From the human T2T-CHM13v2.0 reference genome, Homo sapiens: a stretch of 64,000 nucleotides of DNA. A model generated the notes under the pieces. The model saw only the letters and a list, made by a program, of their open reading frames with translations, made no database searches and had not been told where the DNA came from. Position numbers and translations under genes: made by a program. The stretch is taken from NCBI RefSeq assembly GCF_009914755.1, contig NC_060947.1; one strand, given 5' to 3'. How positions within the stretch are numbered: position 1 is the stretch's first letter; each line of letters opens with the position of its first letter. This document shows, piece by piece, positions 1-14,100 of the stretch.

Positions 1-1164
1 GACAACTCTCATTTTTAAGTACAATTCCCCTAATACTAACAGTCCTCTGAAGTTAATAACAAAGAGTATTGTTTTATAAGTACTAACCACTGGCAGAAGG
101 TACATAAGCCAGACTGTATTATATAATTAGAAGAGGCAATATGTCTTTTTCTTTGCCTTATTAAATGACTTTACTCAAACTCACAGGTAATAATTATTAC
201 CTTAAACCTGACACTTTAAGCAGGAAATGTAATGAGCTGTGTCTGATTTGAAATACATCATTATCTTAGTATATGCTATTCTTACTAATCATTTTCTTCT
301 CCCCAGTTTTGAAATTAAATACAGCCAATTTATATTAGGAATTATATTTTTTATTTTTGGCCGTTACCTATTTTGAGTAATTTTTGCCTCCAGTAGTGAC
401 AATAAACTTCCTAAGATCAGCTTCATAAGCCAAAAGTCCCCGACTGGGTCATATGATACCAATTATATGAAATGAAAGTGGAAAAAAATAGGCAGATACT
501 TACCCTCACCTACTTGTCTCTCGGAGTGTAGAGAGAGCCTTGATAAGCCACTTCATAAAGAAAAAATAGTTTACTAAGGCTACTCTAGTTTCTAGAAAGT
601 ATAGAATGAGTTTATCAGCATGCATATGCTAGATTAAAAAAGTAACACTCTTAAATTTCCTTTTTAAAGAATCTAGTATGACTGCCTTATTGCATGTCAG
701 AATGACCTATGTTTTGGGCAGCTAAAACTTCTTTGAGTAGAAACCTGGTGATACAAGTCTTAGTGAGGCAAGGCAACATTCCCTGGCCCTGTCTACCAAT
801 GTTGGCAGAAAGTAAAATTCCCCCATTGGTGGAAGCTGGCTTATTATATGCACCCTTTCTTGAGTATTTGGCTATATTCAATGATTGTATGATTAGTAAA
901 ATGCAAATTAATCTATTTAGAGTTGAAACAGTACTTGGAACACTAATTATGATAGTACAGTCAAATTGTAAAGCAGAAAAACATACTTTCTTACTTTCTT
1001 AAAGATGGGACACTTTTGACTAGAGAGATTTTAATGAAATGTATGTATGTGTGTGTGACAACTTTTGAAAATCTAGGGTTAGCTTAAAAGGATGAGTGTA
1101 TAAGAATTAGAACTTAAATTCTGAGTAAGAAGTTTAAACTTGATATAAAAAGCAATGTGATAAC

Positions 1165-1310
1165 ATGGAAAGAACATTAAATTAGAAGTTGGGAGACCTG
1201 CATTCTGATTTTAGACGTTCCTTTCACTTGACATAAAATTCTTAGAAAAGTCATTTTCCCTCTTTAGGCTACAGATTCCTCAACAATAAATTAAGATTTT
1301 GATTATATGA
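1165..1310 (+). mobile_element. MIR-family SINE remnant
   Basis: Degenerate MIR core (agttgggagacctg...aaaagtcattttccctcttt...cagattcctcaacaataaa); recalled consensus; ends approximate. Confidence 0.5.
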
Positions 1311-1538
1311 GCTCCAGAATCTGTTCCTATACTAAAGATCAAATATACCATCAGAAATTATGGTTAAGCAAGTCTAATGTTGTAAGTCATTATGAAATAG
1401 AATCTGTTTATTAAAATCATATTTTATAAGTTAGATTTTAGGAAAATATATATGAAGACAGGCATTTTCCCACAAATTAAGAGCTCAGTACAATTTATGA
1501 TCAAGAATTCTACTGAAGTATTGCATTGTGTCTTTAAG

Positions 1539-1606
1539 GTTCAAGAGAGATCTCCTTCTGTGCCTAACAACCAGGATCATGCACATCATGTCAAGTTCTC
1601 TTCAAG
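1539..1606 (+). CDS. NRK: NRK coding exon (VQERSPSVPNNQDHAHHVKFSS), phase 0 to 2
   Basis: ttaAG|GTT acceptor, AG|GTATGT donor; 68 nt; frame joins the next exon. Confidence 0.9.
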
Positions 1607-3386
1607 GTATGTGTCTTTGATTTCTATATTAAAATTATTCATAATTATCAAATGGAAAATTAAAAATTATTTCATTGATAATACACTTTGTGAAGTCAAC
1701 TAAAATATCCGTGACAACATCATCACCATTGACTTTATTGGCCCACATTGAAAACCTTAACTGCAATGATCCATTACCTATATCTTTCATATTTGGTCAT
1801 ACTGCAGTCTCTGTGATATTTAGTTTGCTAAATAGATGGCAAGGTTCACAATTTTAAAAAGAAACAATAATAACAAATACTTTGACAGTATTCAATTAGT
1901 AGTCGATGATAAAAAGACATGAAATTTCAAGTGAATTTTCACACATGTGCTGCATGATAAAACACACACACCAATTGTCTTTAACTTCAGAAGCTAATGC
2001 CACAGAATGGGTAAGCCTAAAAATGTCCTATAGTCAAAATCAAATCTAAAACTCAATATTATATAAATAAAATATCATATATAATATTGATACCAGTCAC
2101 TGTATTTTTTAATCTTTGTAATATTGGTGATCTTCAATAATTTTCAAAGATCACGTTCCATATGTCAGATATTGTGTGCATTCTGTTATATTTGAAAACT
2201 AAATTTTAAGGTAGATTTTTTTAAGAAAATCACACCCCCTCCAGCCCCAACTCACAATAGAGAGAACTTAGCCTATATTGATTCATTTAGTCAGTAAATA
2301 TTTATTGAACACTCACTATATTCAAGATATTGGACAGTATGGCCAGATGGCGTACAGTTAATGTTATGTAGTATATATTTTCTTGCTTCATTACTTTAAA
2401 AAACCCATACAATTATGTCTTCAGATTTAACTGGAGTGCAGAAATCTTGAAAAATTGTAAAGCAAGACTGCGAACTTTCTTTTTCTCTGCACTCAATGAA
2501 TGGATTGTCATGGTCGAACTGACCTCAAAGGAAAGAAACCAGTTTAGTTTTGAGTAGTTGGTTTTGGTATCATGGAACATGACTTTAATAAAATCCAATA
2601 TATAAAATCCATACTTGGTGTTAAACTCAGAGTAATTGTTCACTTTACAAAAGGATTTTGAATTTATGAATAACAAATACGTTGCCTTTAAATATAGTTA
2701 AATTTAAAAAGTTAACTTAAATGAAACTCAAATCTTTCCGGAAATTTGGGGCCATGGAAAAAAGTTTGTCTATTCCAGACCTAAATCAATAACCAAAGTC
2801 CTTCCCATATAGAAATACCAAAATAACTGTAAAATTTAGCAGCATTAGTCCAAAGAAACTCTCTAAATATTCTTTAAATTTGAATAGTAAGAACGAAAGT
2901 GCTCTATTTTTCTGTCAGTGTAGCTATCTAAATCCGGAATGGGACGTTAAAAACATTAATTTCAAGCATTTAAAATCTGGATAATAACAATAGAATATAT
3001 GACATAACAGTAACTTGTTTATTATGTTAAAATACTCACATACACTATAAGGTTATGTTTATTGCTGTGTTACTCAGGTAAAATATTGTCTGAATGTTAG
3101 CTTTAAAAGCTTATAGAAATTTTTAGAAATTAATATATATATAAAGGAAACATATACTCTATGAAAACATATTTTTCTTATTTTGGAAATCGTTACTCTA
3201 TTCTAGACAAAATAGCAAGTTTGGGGGAGAATGGAAACTGGAAATTATTACTCAAGTTATACTTCTTTTTCAGTTTGATATGTACCCATATATTTAAACA
3301 AAACTTTGTGTTGGACTTTATGTTGAGTTGTACATTCCCTTTATGAATGTTAGGACATGGCACATGCTTTTCTGTCTTTTCATTAG

Positions 3387-3481
3387 CGTTCCTCAGCGGT
3401 CTCTTTTGGAACAAGCTCAGAAGCCCATTGACATCAGACAAAGGAGTTCGCAAAATCGTCAAAATTGGCTGGCAGCATCAG
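3387..3481 (+). CDS. NRK: NRK coding exon (SVPQRSLLEQAQKPIDIRQRSSQNRQNWLAAS); alternative in-frame donor at 3646
   Basis: Pyrimidine tract + ttAG|C acceptor; CAG|GTGATT donor; 95 nt, ends phase 1. Confidence 0.9.
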
Positions 3482-4811
3482 GTGATTCAAAGCACAAAAT
3501 TTTAGCAGGCAAAACACAGAGCTACTGTTTAACAATTTATATTTCAGAAGTCAAGAAAGAAGAATTTCAAGAAGGAATGAATCAAAAGTGTCAGGGAGCC
3601 CAAGTAGGATTAGGACCTGAAGGCCATTGTATTTGGCAATTGGGTGGTCAGTGGTGGCCTTTGAGAAATGGAAAATAATTTTTCTGAATTTTCTTCTTTT
3701 TGTTGGGTAGTAGTTAGGAATGTGTCTAAGAAGGCGGGGGGAGTCAGCTTTATTAGGTTTCTATACCACGTAAGAAAAGTATGGTAAAGAAACTTGAGAG
3801 AGACCTCTCCAGCAGGCTAAAATTTATAGGTAGCAATTAGAATATTGTATGGAGGAGTTGTGAGTGTGTGTTTCATTTATCAGTTGGTTACTTCACCTCT
3901 CCAAAATAGGACAATATCTGATAAATATCCCTAAATGTTACAGAGTGATGGTTTTACTCAAAATACATGAACAATTAATCTATCAAATCATAGAAAATAA
4001 CTTCAAAAGTTGTGATGTGAATTTCAAAAAAGTATTTTAAGATGTGCTTTTGAGAGAGTTTAAATGAATTATAGATTTATGAAATATTAGGATAAACAAA
4101 GCCAAAAGTTGTGCCATGGATCATGCAATCTGGCATTATCCAGTTTTAAGCAATCCAGGTAAGTTAAGCAAGGGAAAAATGGCTGATTGAGTTGCTGATA
4201 TGTAAAAATATAGTATACTGATTTTATTAAAATGTTAATAATAAAAATGATACAGATGTACTTCACTTTTTGAAAAGTGAATATTTGAAGATCAAAACTT
4301 AAAACACATTATTCTTCTTAAGTGACTCAGATTATGGCAGAGTTCTTTTAAATAGCACTGTCTCCTCATACACAAATACTATGTTGTGAAAATTAGATAA
4401 GCCTGAGTGAAAAGCAAATTTTTAAAAATTTTTTCCCAGAGTCTTTTCTTTCTGGCTTGACTATGGCTAATTTTGCTAATACAGGGCAAACAACTAAAAA
4501 TTTAAGGTTTATTCATGTGGCATCTTTGAAATAAGGAAATTCTGGATTAGATCCCAAAGCAGTCATAGCATTGATAGAAGGGAGAAGGCATCTGTGCAGA
4601 TAATAGCTAAATGTCTTTTCAGCTCCAAATTTCTTTTATTTTATTGTTTATGCTACATAGACCATTTGATATTCTCATGAAATTATATGCTTCATTATGG
4701 AGGAAATCTCAGAGCACCTTACTATAAATTTGTCTCAGAATCTTAGTGCACTCACTTGAACTTATTTGGTCTACTAACATACCAAAAGACTTAAAAGAAA
4801 ATGGTTTCCTG

Positions 4812-4833
4812 AAAAAAAAAAAAAAAAAAAAAA
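4812..4833. repeat. poly(A)22 tract
   Basis: 22 consecutive A. Confidence 0.95.
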
Positions 4834-5225
4834 GCACAAGTACAACAGTGTCAGAAGATGGGGACACAAATTTTAGCATGTGTTCAGTGTAATGTTCTCA
4901 AAGGACAGCAGTATTTGCAAATATATGTCTTTTGGAGTTGGAGTATCTATACTTTGGCTATGTATACCAAGACTGAAAATAAGAGGGACAATAGTATTTA
5001 TCTTGAAAATCTAAGCACACAAAAACATTAAACAGGGACCTGAGTTTTCTCTTAGTGAAGCTTTTTCTAAGTACACTCACCCAGACCTGAATTTTGAGCC
5101 TGTTAAATATTCTCACCAGATTTTAATCACAGGGGTTATTTACCATACCACAACTCAATATTAAAACCTAATCTCCAAACCAGATACATTTGTATTTTAA
5201 ATGGAAATATTTACACTATAGAATT

Positions 5226-5435
5226 GAGCTGTTCAATGTGGTAGCAACTAGCCTCATGTAGCTATTAAAATAAAAAGTAAAATGAAAATTAAATAAAATT
5301 TAAAAGTCACTTTCTCAGGCACACTGGCCACATTTCAAATGCTCAGTAGTCATGGGTGACTAATGACCACTGTTAATGGACAGTTCAGATACAGAAGATT
5401 TCTATCACTGCAGAAAGTTTTGTTGTACATTGCTG
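5226..5435 (-). mobile_element. MER3 (hAT-Charlie MITE)
   Basis: Reverse complement matches recalled MER3 (gctgttcaatgtggtagcaactagcc...ggccacatttcaaatgctca...ctgcagaaagttttgttg). Confidence 0.75.
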
Positions 5436-5551
5436 CTATAAAAAGGTTCCCAGCTTTATAGAAACGGGTGTTATCTCTTTTCAGTAGTTCACTCCTCAAC
5501 TGTATTGAACTACATCTGGATATATCATTGGGTGGAAATATGTGGGGGTTA

Positions 5552-7303
<1,752 letters not shown>

Positions 7304-7772
7304 GATTGAAGAATGAACTCTCCTCTTGAGGGTTTTGGCTAGTCTATCATCTTCTAATAAATACACTGTCGGGCTTTTTTTTCTACTGGTCAGTATGTGA
7401 GGCCAGTGGTACTCCCAGTCCTTCCTACTCTTGATACATTTTTTTAAATGTATCTACCTGGCTATCAGTTGGACTATGTATCTTCTTACATAGATAGAGA
7501 TATTTGGTAAGTGTACACTTAATATTGAAAACAGAGCAGCCATGTAAGTCTACAGATGGAAGAAAACTTGAACCCCTGCTAATACCCCTGAAAAGAGAAT
7601 TTAAGATCCTGGCCCCATGAGAATTTTCAGGTGATACTTCCTGAATGGAATCATAAAAATGACCAAGAAAAAAAAAAAGAAAAAAAACCAAGGGATTTAA
7701 CTGATACACTATACATATGAAGGCAATGGCTGTAATCACCATTGTTACTAATGTGTTTTTGGCATTCCATAG

Positions 7773-7870
7773 AATCTTCTTCTGAGGAAGAAAGTCCTGT
7801 GACTGGAAGGAGGTCTCAGTCATCACCACCTTATTCTACTATTGATCAGAAGTTGCTGGTTGACATCCAT
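7773..7870 (+). CDS. NRK: NRK coding exon (ESSSEEESPVTGRRSQSSPPYSTIDQKLLVDIH)
   Basis: catAG|AA acceptor, CAT|GTAAGT donor; 98 nt restores phase 0. Confidence 0.92.
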
Positions 7871-8926
7871 GTAAGTTTCCATCTTAACACATTAATGTCT
7901 ATTATTTTTTATTTTCCATTTATTTTGACTTACACATTCTCATATTCACTTGAGGGAAAGGTTAAAGAGTTTAGTTTTTTAATTAACATTTTAAGGATAG
8001 ATTCTCATTGCTTTGTGAATACATAGAACACAAAATCTAGAAATTAAAATTGAAATGGGAAAACATTTAATCAATCAGAGAATATTTTATTTTCACATTC
8101 TTGTGTCAGTTAGAACATGTCTGGGAGAGTAGTGATAACAAGCTGTTTGTAAAACCTAATCTCAGATTGAGGGGTACAGGTTAGATGTCCAACTTTTAAT
8201 AGCATTCCTTGAGTGATGAGGCAATGCATAAATATAAAACATTTAGTAAAAAACAGAGTGTCCTCTGACTGCATAAATAAAAAGTCTTCCAGCTCTTTGT
8301 GAACATGTTTAAATTGTTCTAATGCAGATTTTAAATTGTCCTAATGCAATGTGCTTTCAGATTATTCTATTTCAATTTTGAATTACCTCTATGCTACCGT
8401 ACACACATCCCTTCCAGATTGCCCAAAAGTTGTTAAATGATACATACCATACTTAAAAGATGGATTTAGATTAATTTGCACTTTGGAAGTGTTTGAGATA
8501 CTTTAAGACAACCCATGGCACGTAAAACCTGAGCTGGTAAATTAACATATCAATTTCAAGAGCTGTGTGTTAATCCCAATGTCAGGGGATAAAACAAAAG
8601 GGAAAAGTTACCATTTTTAAGGAGCATCAAATCTCCTGTTCTCTCCAGCATCAAAAGCAAGTGTCCATTCCTGAGCTGACAAGTATGGGTATTTTTTTTA
8701 AGTGAGTAAATTTTGCCCTATGTGATCCAGAAAGGCCACTAATAATCACAGTCTGATGTTTGGGTTTTGACATCTCATCCTCACTAAAATTTTGGCTCCA
8801 TCTAATGAGTGAACATCCTTGTTTCAGTTTAAAATATATTTCAAAATGTTGTCAGCTTGGAAACTTTCCAATCTAGAAGAAAATGAAAGCTACTAGAGGC
8901 TACATTAACCTTTCTTGTGCACACAG

Positions 8927-9291
8927 GTTCCAGATGGATTTAAAGTAGGAAAAATATCACCCCCTGTATACTTGACAAACGAATGGGTAGGCTATAATGC
9001 ACTCTCTGAAATCTTCCGGAATGATTGGTTAACTCCGGCACCTGTCATTCAGCCACCTGAAGAGGATGGTGATTATGTTGAACTCTATGATGCCAGTGCT
9101 GATACTGATGGTGATGATGATGATGAGTCTAATGATACTTTTGAAGATACCTATGATCATGCCAATGGCAATGATGACTTGGATAACCAGGTTGATCAGG
9201 CTAATGATGTTTGTAAAGACCATGATGATGACAACAATAAGTTTGTTGATGATGTAAATAATAATTATTATGAGGCGCCTAGTTGTCCAAG
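8927..9291 (+). CDS. NRK: NRK coding exon, Asp/Asn-rich acidic region (VPDGFKVGK...YYEAPSCPR)
   Basis: cacAG|GTT acceptor, AAG|GTTGGT donor; 365 nt open frame. Confidence 0.92.
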
Positions 9292-9694
9292 GTTGGTTTT
9301 TTTGAATTACTTATACTCTCCATGTTTTATGACTGCAGAGCTATTTGCATTTTTGGTTTATTTTCAAAATTTATTACCAAGAGAGTGACCTAATTTCACT
9401 TGCATTTTAGTAAATAGTTTGATTGTCAATAATGTATTTTAAATTGTTCTAATGCAGAACATCTAATTTTGTGTCATTTGTGTATTTTAAAATAAGCATT
9501 CAAGTATTTATTAGTTTCTTTATAACTGGAATTGTCTAGATGCTTATGTTAAAATTACTGCCACTGAATCATCCTACTCTATAAAACTATACTGAGTATG
9601 AGAAAGGACAACAAAGAAAGTGTGTAACTTAACAAGCATAAGATGAAGTCTTGGTATTTGCAAACATAGCTATTCATTTCTCAAACTTTTGTGA

Positions 9695-9700
<6 letters not shown>

Positions 9701-9744
<44 letters not shown>
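9701..9744. repeat. (TA)22 microsatellite
   Basis: Direct reading. Confidence 0.95.
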
Positions 9745-9748
<4 letters not shown>

Positions 9749-10513
9749 AAATTTAAGATGATCTTTATCTGTTTAATTGGTGGAGAAATTACCAAGAGCT
9801 CTTTTAATTTTTTCCAACCAAAAAAGTCTATCAAGAATTCCATTATGAAATAAATTTACTTTTAGAATTACCACAGGCACGTATGTTTAATTTTGTTTCC
9901 TATGCAAAAAGAGAGCATTGGCACATTTTGTTAAGCTTAGTATTTTTAGCAATTAATTAAATAACTTAGTTCCACAAGACATGAGGTATGTATTGCTGAA
10001 CTTCCTTGGTGGGAGTAGTAGACCAATGGAGTTCTATAGCAAAGCAGTCAGTACACATGTTAGAAAATCAAGGCACATGTTGAAATGAACACAAACTAGA
10101 TATACTGCAAGAAGAATTAATCATGTTGTGGTTGAGCTAAAACATAGGCTTAATCATTCATGTGTCTGTGAAGTTGCTAATGCATGAAATAGTATATATT
10201 TAAGAAAAAAACTACATATTCTTGCTGTTAACCTAATACACGCACCTAACAAAGAATACAAGTTCTCTTCCCTCTGCCATCCAAATGCATCTGAGAAATT
10301 GGTGGTGGCTATGGCTTTAATCATTACATAAGACTGAGAAGACATAGGGGCATTTTTATGTTCTTTATCATACCAGTAGTGTTCACATAGAACAAAGACA
10401 AGCCTGGGCATGGTAGATATGTATAAGACACATCCTAATTCTGTTGTACTTGCTAACTTTCAAATGTGTTTTTATTGCGTGACTTTCTTTCATTAATTGG
10501 AGCTTGTTGTCAG

Positions 10514-10850
10514 GGCAAGCTATGGCAGAGATGGAAGCTGCAAGCAAGATGGTTATGATGGAAGTCGTGGAAAAGAGGAAGCCTACAGAGGCTATGGAAG
10601 CCATACAGCCAATAGAAGCCATGGAGGAAGTGCAGCCAGTGAGGACAATGCAGCCATTGGAGATCAGGAAGAACATGCAGCCAATATAGGCAGTGAAAGA
10701 AGAGGCAGTGAGGGTGATGGAGGTAAGGGAGTCGTTCGAACCAGTGAAGAGAGTGGAGCCCTTGGACTCAATGGAGAAGAAAATTGCTCAGAGACAGATG
10801 GTCCAGGATTGAAGAGACCTGCGTCTCAGGACTTTGAATATCTACAGGAG
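10514..10850 (+). CDS. NRK: NRK coding exon, Gly/Ser/Glu-rich (ASYGRDGSCKQDG...DFEYLQE)
   Basis: gtcAG|G acceptor, GAG|GTAATG donor; 337 nt restores phase 0. Confidence 0.92.
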
Positions 10851-11124
10851 GTAATGCACCATTTGAAAAGCAGATTGAACTCCTCTCATTGCGAATGTGT
10901 TTCTTCATGGGACATGTAGCATTTCTAGCCATTCCAAATAGATTTTCATCATATACCCCAAGGCCTTAAACATTTTTAATTATAGGTTTGTAGGTGGATC
11001 CTTATTACCTCTAATTTGGGTGGTTCCTATTTACTTCCAAAGACAAAAATCTCTTATTTGTTTGCCTTTATTACTCAGATCACATATTTGAGGTAGTGTC
11101 TCTTGACACACACTTTTTAAAAAT

Positions 11125-14100
11125 ATTTTAAAAAATTAATTGACACCTAATAATTGTATATATTTATGGGGTACAGAGTGATATTTTAATATATACAATT
11201 TGTAATGATGACATCAGGGTATTTAGCATGTCTATCACCTCAAACATTCATCATTTTTTTTGTGTGTTGGGAACAATCAATATCCTCTCTCCTAGCTATT
11301 TGAAAATATGTAATGAATTATTGTTAATTATAGTTACCCTATAGTGCTATAGAATATTAGAACTTATATCTCCTATCTAGTCATGCATTTGGATCCTTTA
11401 ACCAGCCTTTCTCTATCACTCTCCCGTACTCCTCTTCCCAGCCTCTAGAAACGACTATTTACTCTCTAGTTACTTGAGACCAATTTTTTAGCATTTGCAT
11501 ATGAGTAAGAACATGTGGTTTTTATCTTTCTGTTCCTGGTTTATTTCACTTAACATTGAGTCCAGGTTCATCCATGTTGCTGCAAATCACAAGATTTCAT
11601 TCTTTTTTATGGCTAAATAGCATTTATTTCTGTATATATGTCATGTTTTCTTTATCAATTCATCTCTTGATGGATGCTTAGGCTGATGCCTTATTTTGGC
11701 TATTGTGATTAGTACTGCAGTAAATATGGAGGTGCTGATAGCTCTTTGATACACTGATTTCCTCTTTTTTTGAGATATGTACCTAGTAGTGGAATTATTG
11801 GATCATATGGTAGTTCTATTTGTAGTTTTATAAGGAACCACAATACCATTCTCCATTGTGGGTGTAGTAGTTTACATTCCCACCAACGGTATATAAAAGT
11901 TCCCTTTTCTCCACATCTTCACCAACATTAATTTTTTATGTTTTGATAATAACCATTCTAACTAGGATGAGATAATATCTCATTGTGGTTCTGATTTGCA
12001 TTTTCCCGATGATTAATTATGTTGAAATTTTTTTTCATCTATCTGTTGGTTATTTCTAAGTCTTTTGAGAAATGTCTATTCAAATCATTTGTCCATTTTG
12101 TTTATTATACTTTAAGTTCTAGGGTACATGTGCACAACGTGCAGGTTTGTTACATATGTATACATGTTGGATTATTTGCTTTTTTCTGTTGAGTTGTTTG
12201 AGTTTCTTACATTCAGGATTTTAATCCCTTGTTGGACGAAGAGTTTGCAGATATTTTCTCTCATTCTTCAGGTTGTTTCTTCACTTTGTTGATCATTTCC
12301 TTTTCTGTGCAGAAGATTTTTAGTGTGATATAATTCTATTTGTCTATTTTTGCTTTTGTTGCCTGTGCTTTGGTCCTATTCTTTTTTCCCAAACCAATGT
12401 CCACAAGCATTTTCTTATATTTTCTAGTAGTTTTATGGTTTCAGATCTTACATTTAAGTCTCTAATCTATTTTGAGTTGATTTTTTTATAAGGTGAGAAA
12501 TAGGGGTCTAATTTCAGTCTTTTGCATATGGATATTTAGTTCTCCCAGCACCATTTATTGAAGACATTGTTCTTTCCCCAGTGAATATTCTTGATGCCTT
12601 TATCAAAAATCAACCACAATGAGATAAATGAATATGTGGATCTATTTATGGGTCCTTTATACCGTTCCATTGGTATGTGTGTCTGTTTTTTGGTTGCTGT
12701 AGTTTTGTAGTATATTTTGAAATCTGATATTGTGATGCCTCTAGTATTATTCTTTTTCCTCAGGATTGCTTTGGCTATTCTAGGTCTTTTTTGGTTCCAT
12801 GCAAATTTTAGGATTTTTTTCCTATTTCTGTGAAGAATGTCATTGGTATTTTCATAAGGATTGCATAGAATCTGGATATTGCTTGGGATAGTAGGGTCAT
12901 TTTAGCAATATTAATTCTTCTAGTCCATGAGCATATGTTGCCTCTCCTTTTGTGTGTGTGTCCTTTTCAGTTTCCTTCATCAATGTTTTATAGTTTTTCT
13001 TGTAGAGATCTTTCACCTCATTGGTTAAATTTATTTCCAAGTATTTTATTTTGTAGCTACTGTATATGGGATTGTTTTTGTGATTTCTTTCTCAGCTAGG
13101 TTATTGTTGGTATGTACAAATGTTACAGATTTTTCTATGCTGATTTTGTATCTTGCAACTTTACTGAATTTGTTCATCAATTCTAAGAATTTTTTGGTAG
13201 TGTCAAAGGATATTCTATTTATAAGATCATGTCATCTGCAAACAGACACTCTTTGACTTCCTCTTTTCCAATTTGGATGTCTTCTATTGCCTTCTCTTGC
13301 CAAATTGCTCTGATTAGGACTTCCAGAACTAAGTTGAATAAGAGTGGTGAAAGTGGATATTTTTGTCTTATTCCAGTTCTTAGAGGAAAGAATTTCAGCT
13401 TCTCTCATTCAGTGTGATGTTAGCTGTGGGTTTTTCATATATGGTTTTTATTGTTTTGAGGTATGTTACTTCCATACCCAAACTGTGGAGAGTTTTTATC
13501 ACGAGGGAATGTAGAATTTTATCAAATGCTTTTTTTGGTATCTTTTCACATGATCATATAATTTTTGTCTTTGATTCCATTGATGTGATGTATCATGTTT
13601 ATTGATTTGCATATGTTGAATCTCCCATGTATCCCTGGGATAAATCACACTCAATCATGGTGTATAATATTTTTGATATGGTATTGGATTCAGTTTGCTA
13701 GTATTTTGTTGATTATTTTTGCATCTATCTTCATCAGAGATCTTGGCTTGTAGTTTTTGTTTGTTTGTTTGTTGTAACTGTTGTGTCCTTATCTGGTTTT
13801 GAGATCAGAGTCATACTGACCTCACAGAATGAGTTTGGAAGAATTCCCTTCCCTTCAACTTTTTTGGAATAGTTTGAGAATCGACATTAGTTCCTCTTTA
13901 AATCTTTGGTAGAATGCAGCACTGATGCCATAGGGTACTGGACTTTTCTTTGTTGGGAGACTTTTTATTGCTGATTCAATCGCATTATTCATTATTGGTT
14001 TGTTTAGGCTTTCTATTTCTTCTTGGTACAATCTTGCTAGGTTGTATGTGTCCAGGAATTTCTCCATTTCCTCTAGATTTTCTAATATGTTGCTGTGTAG

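Noticed and set aside
687-1002. Overlapping short ORFs on both strands
   Set aside because: No recognisable homology and no splice sites that fit the NRK frame; size expected by chance
4812-4833. Poly(A)22 as a retrocopy tail or transcript end
   Set aside because: No upstream retroelement body, TSD or polyA signal; more likely a simple repeat that could cause oligo-dT internal priming
9029-10689. Met-rich and Ile-rich ORFs (9066..9257, 9029..9223, 10504..10689, 10383..10676)
   Set aside because: Alternate-frame or antisense shadows of GAT-rich NRK exons
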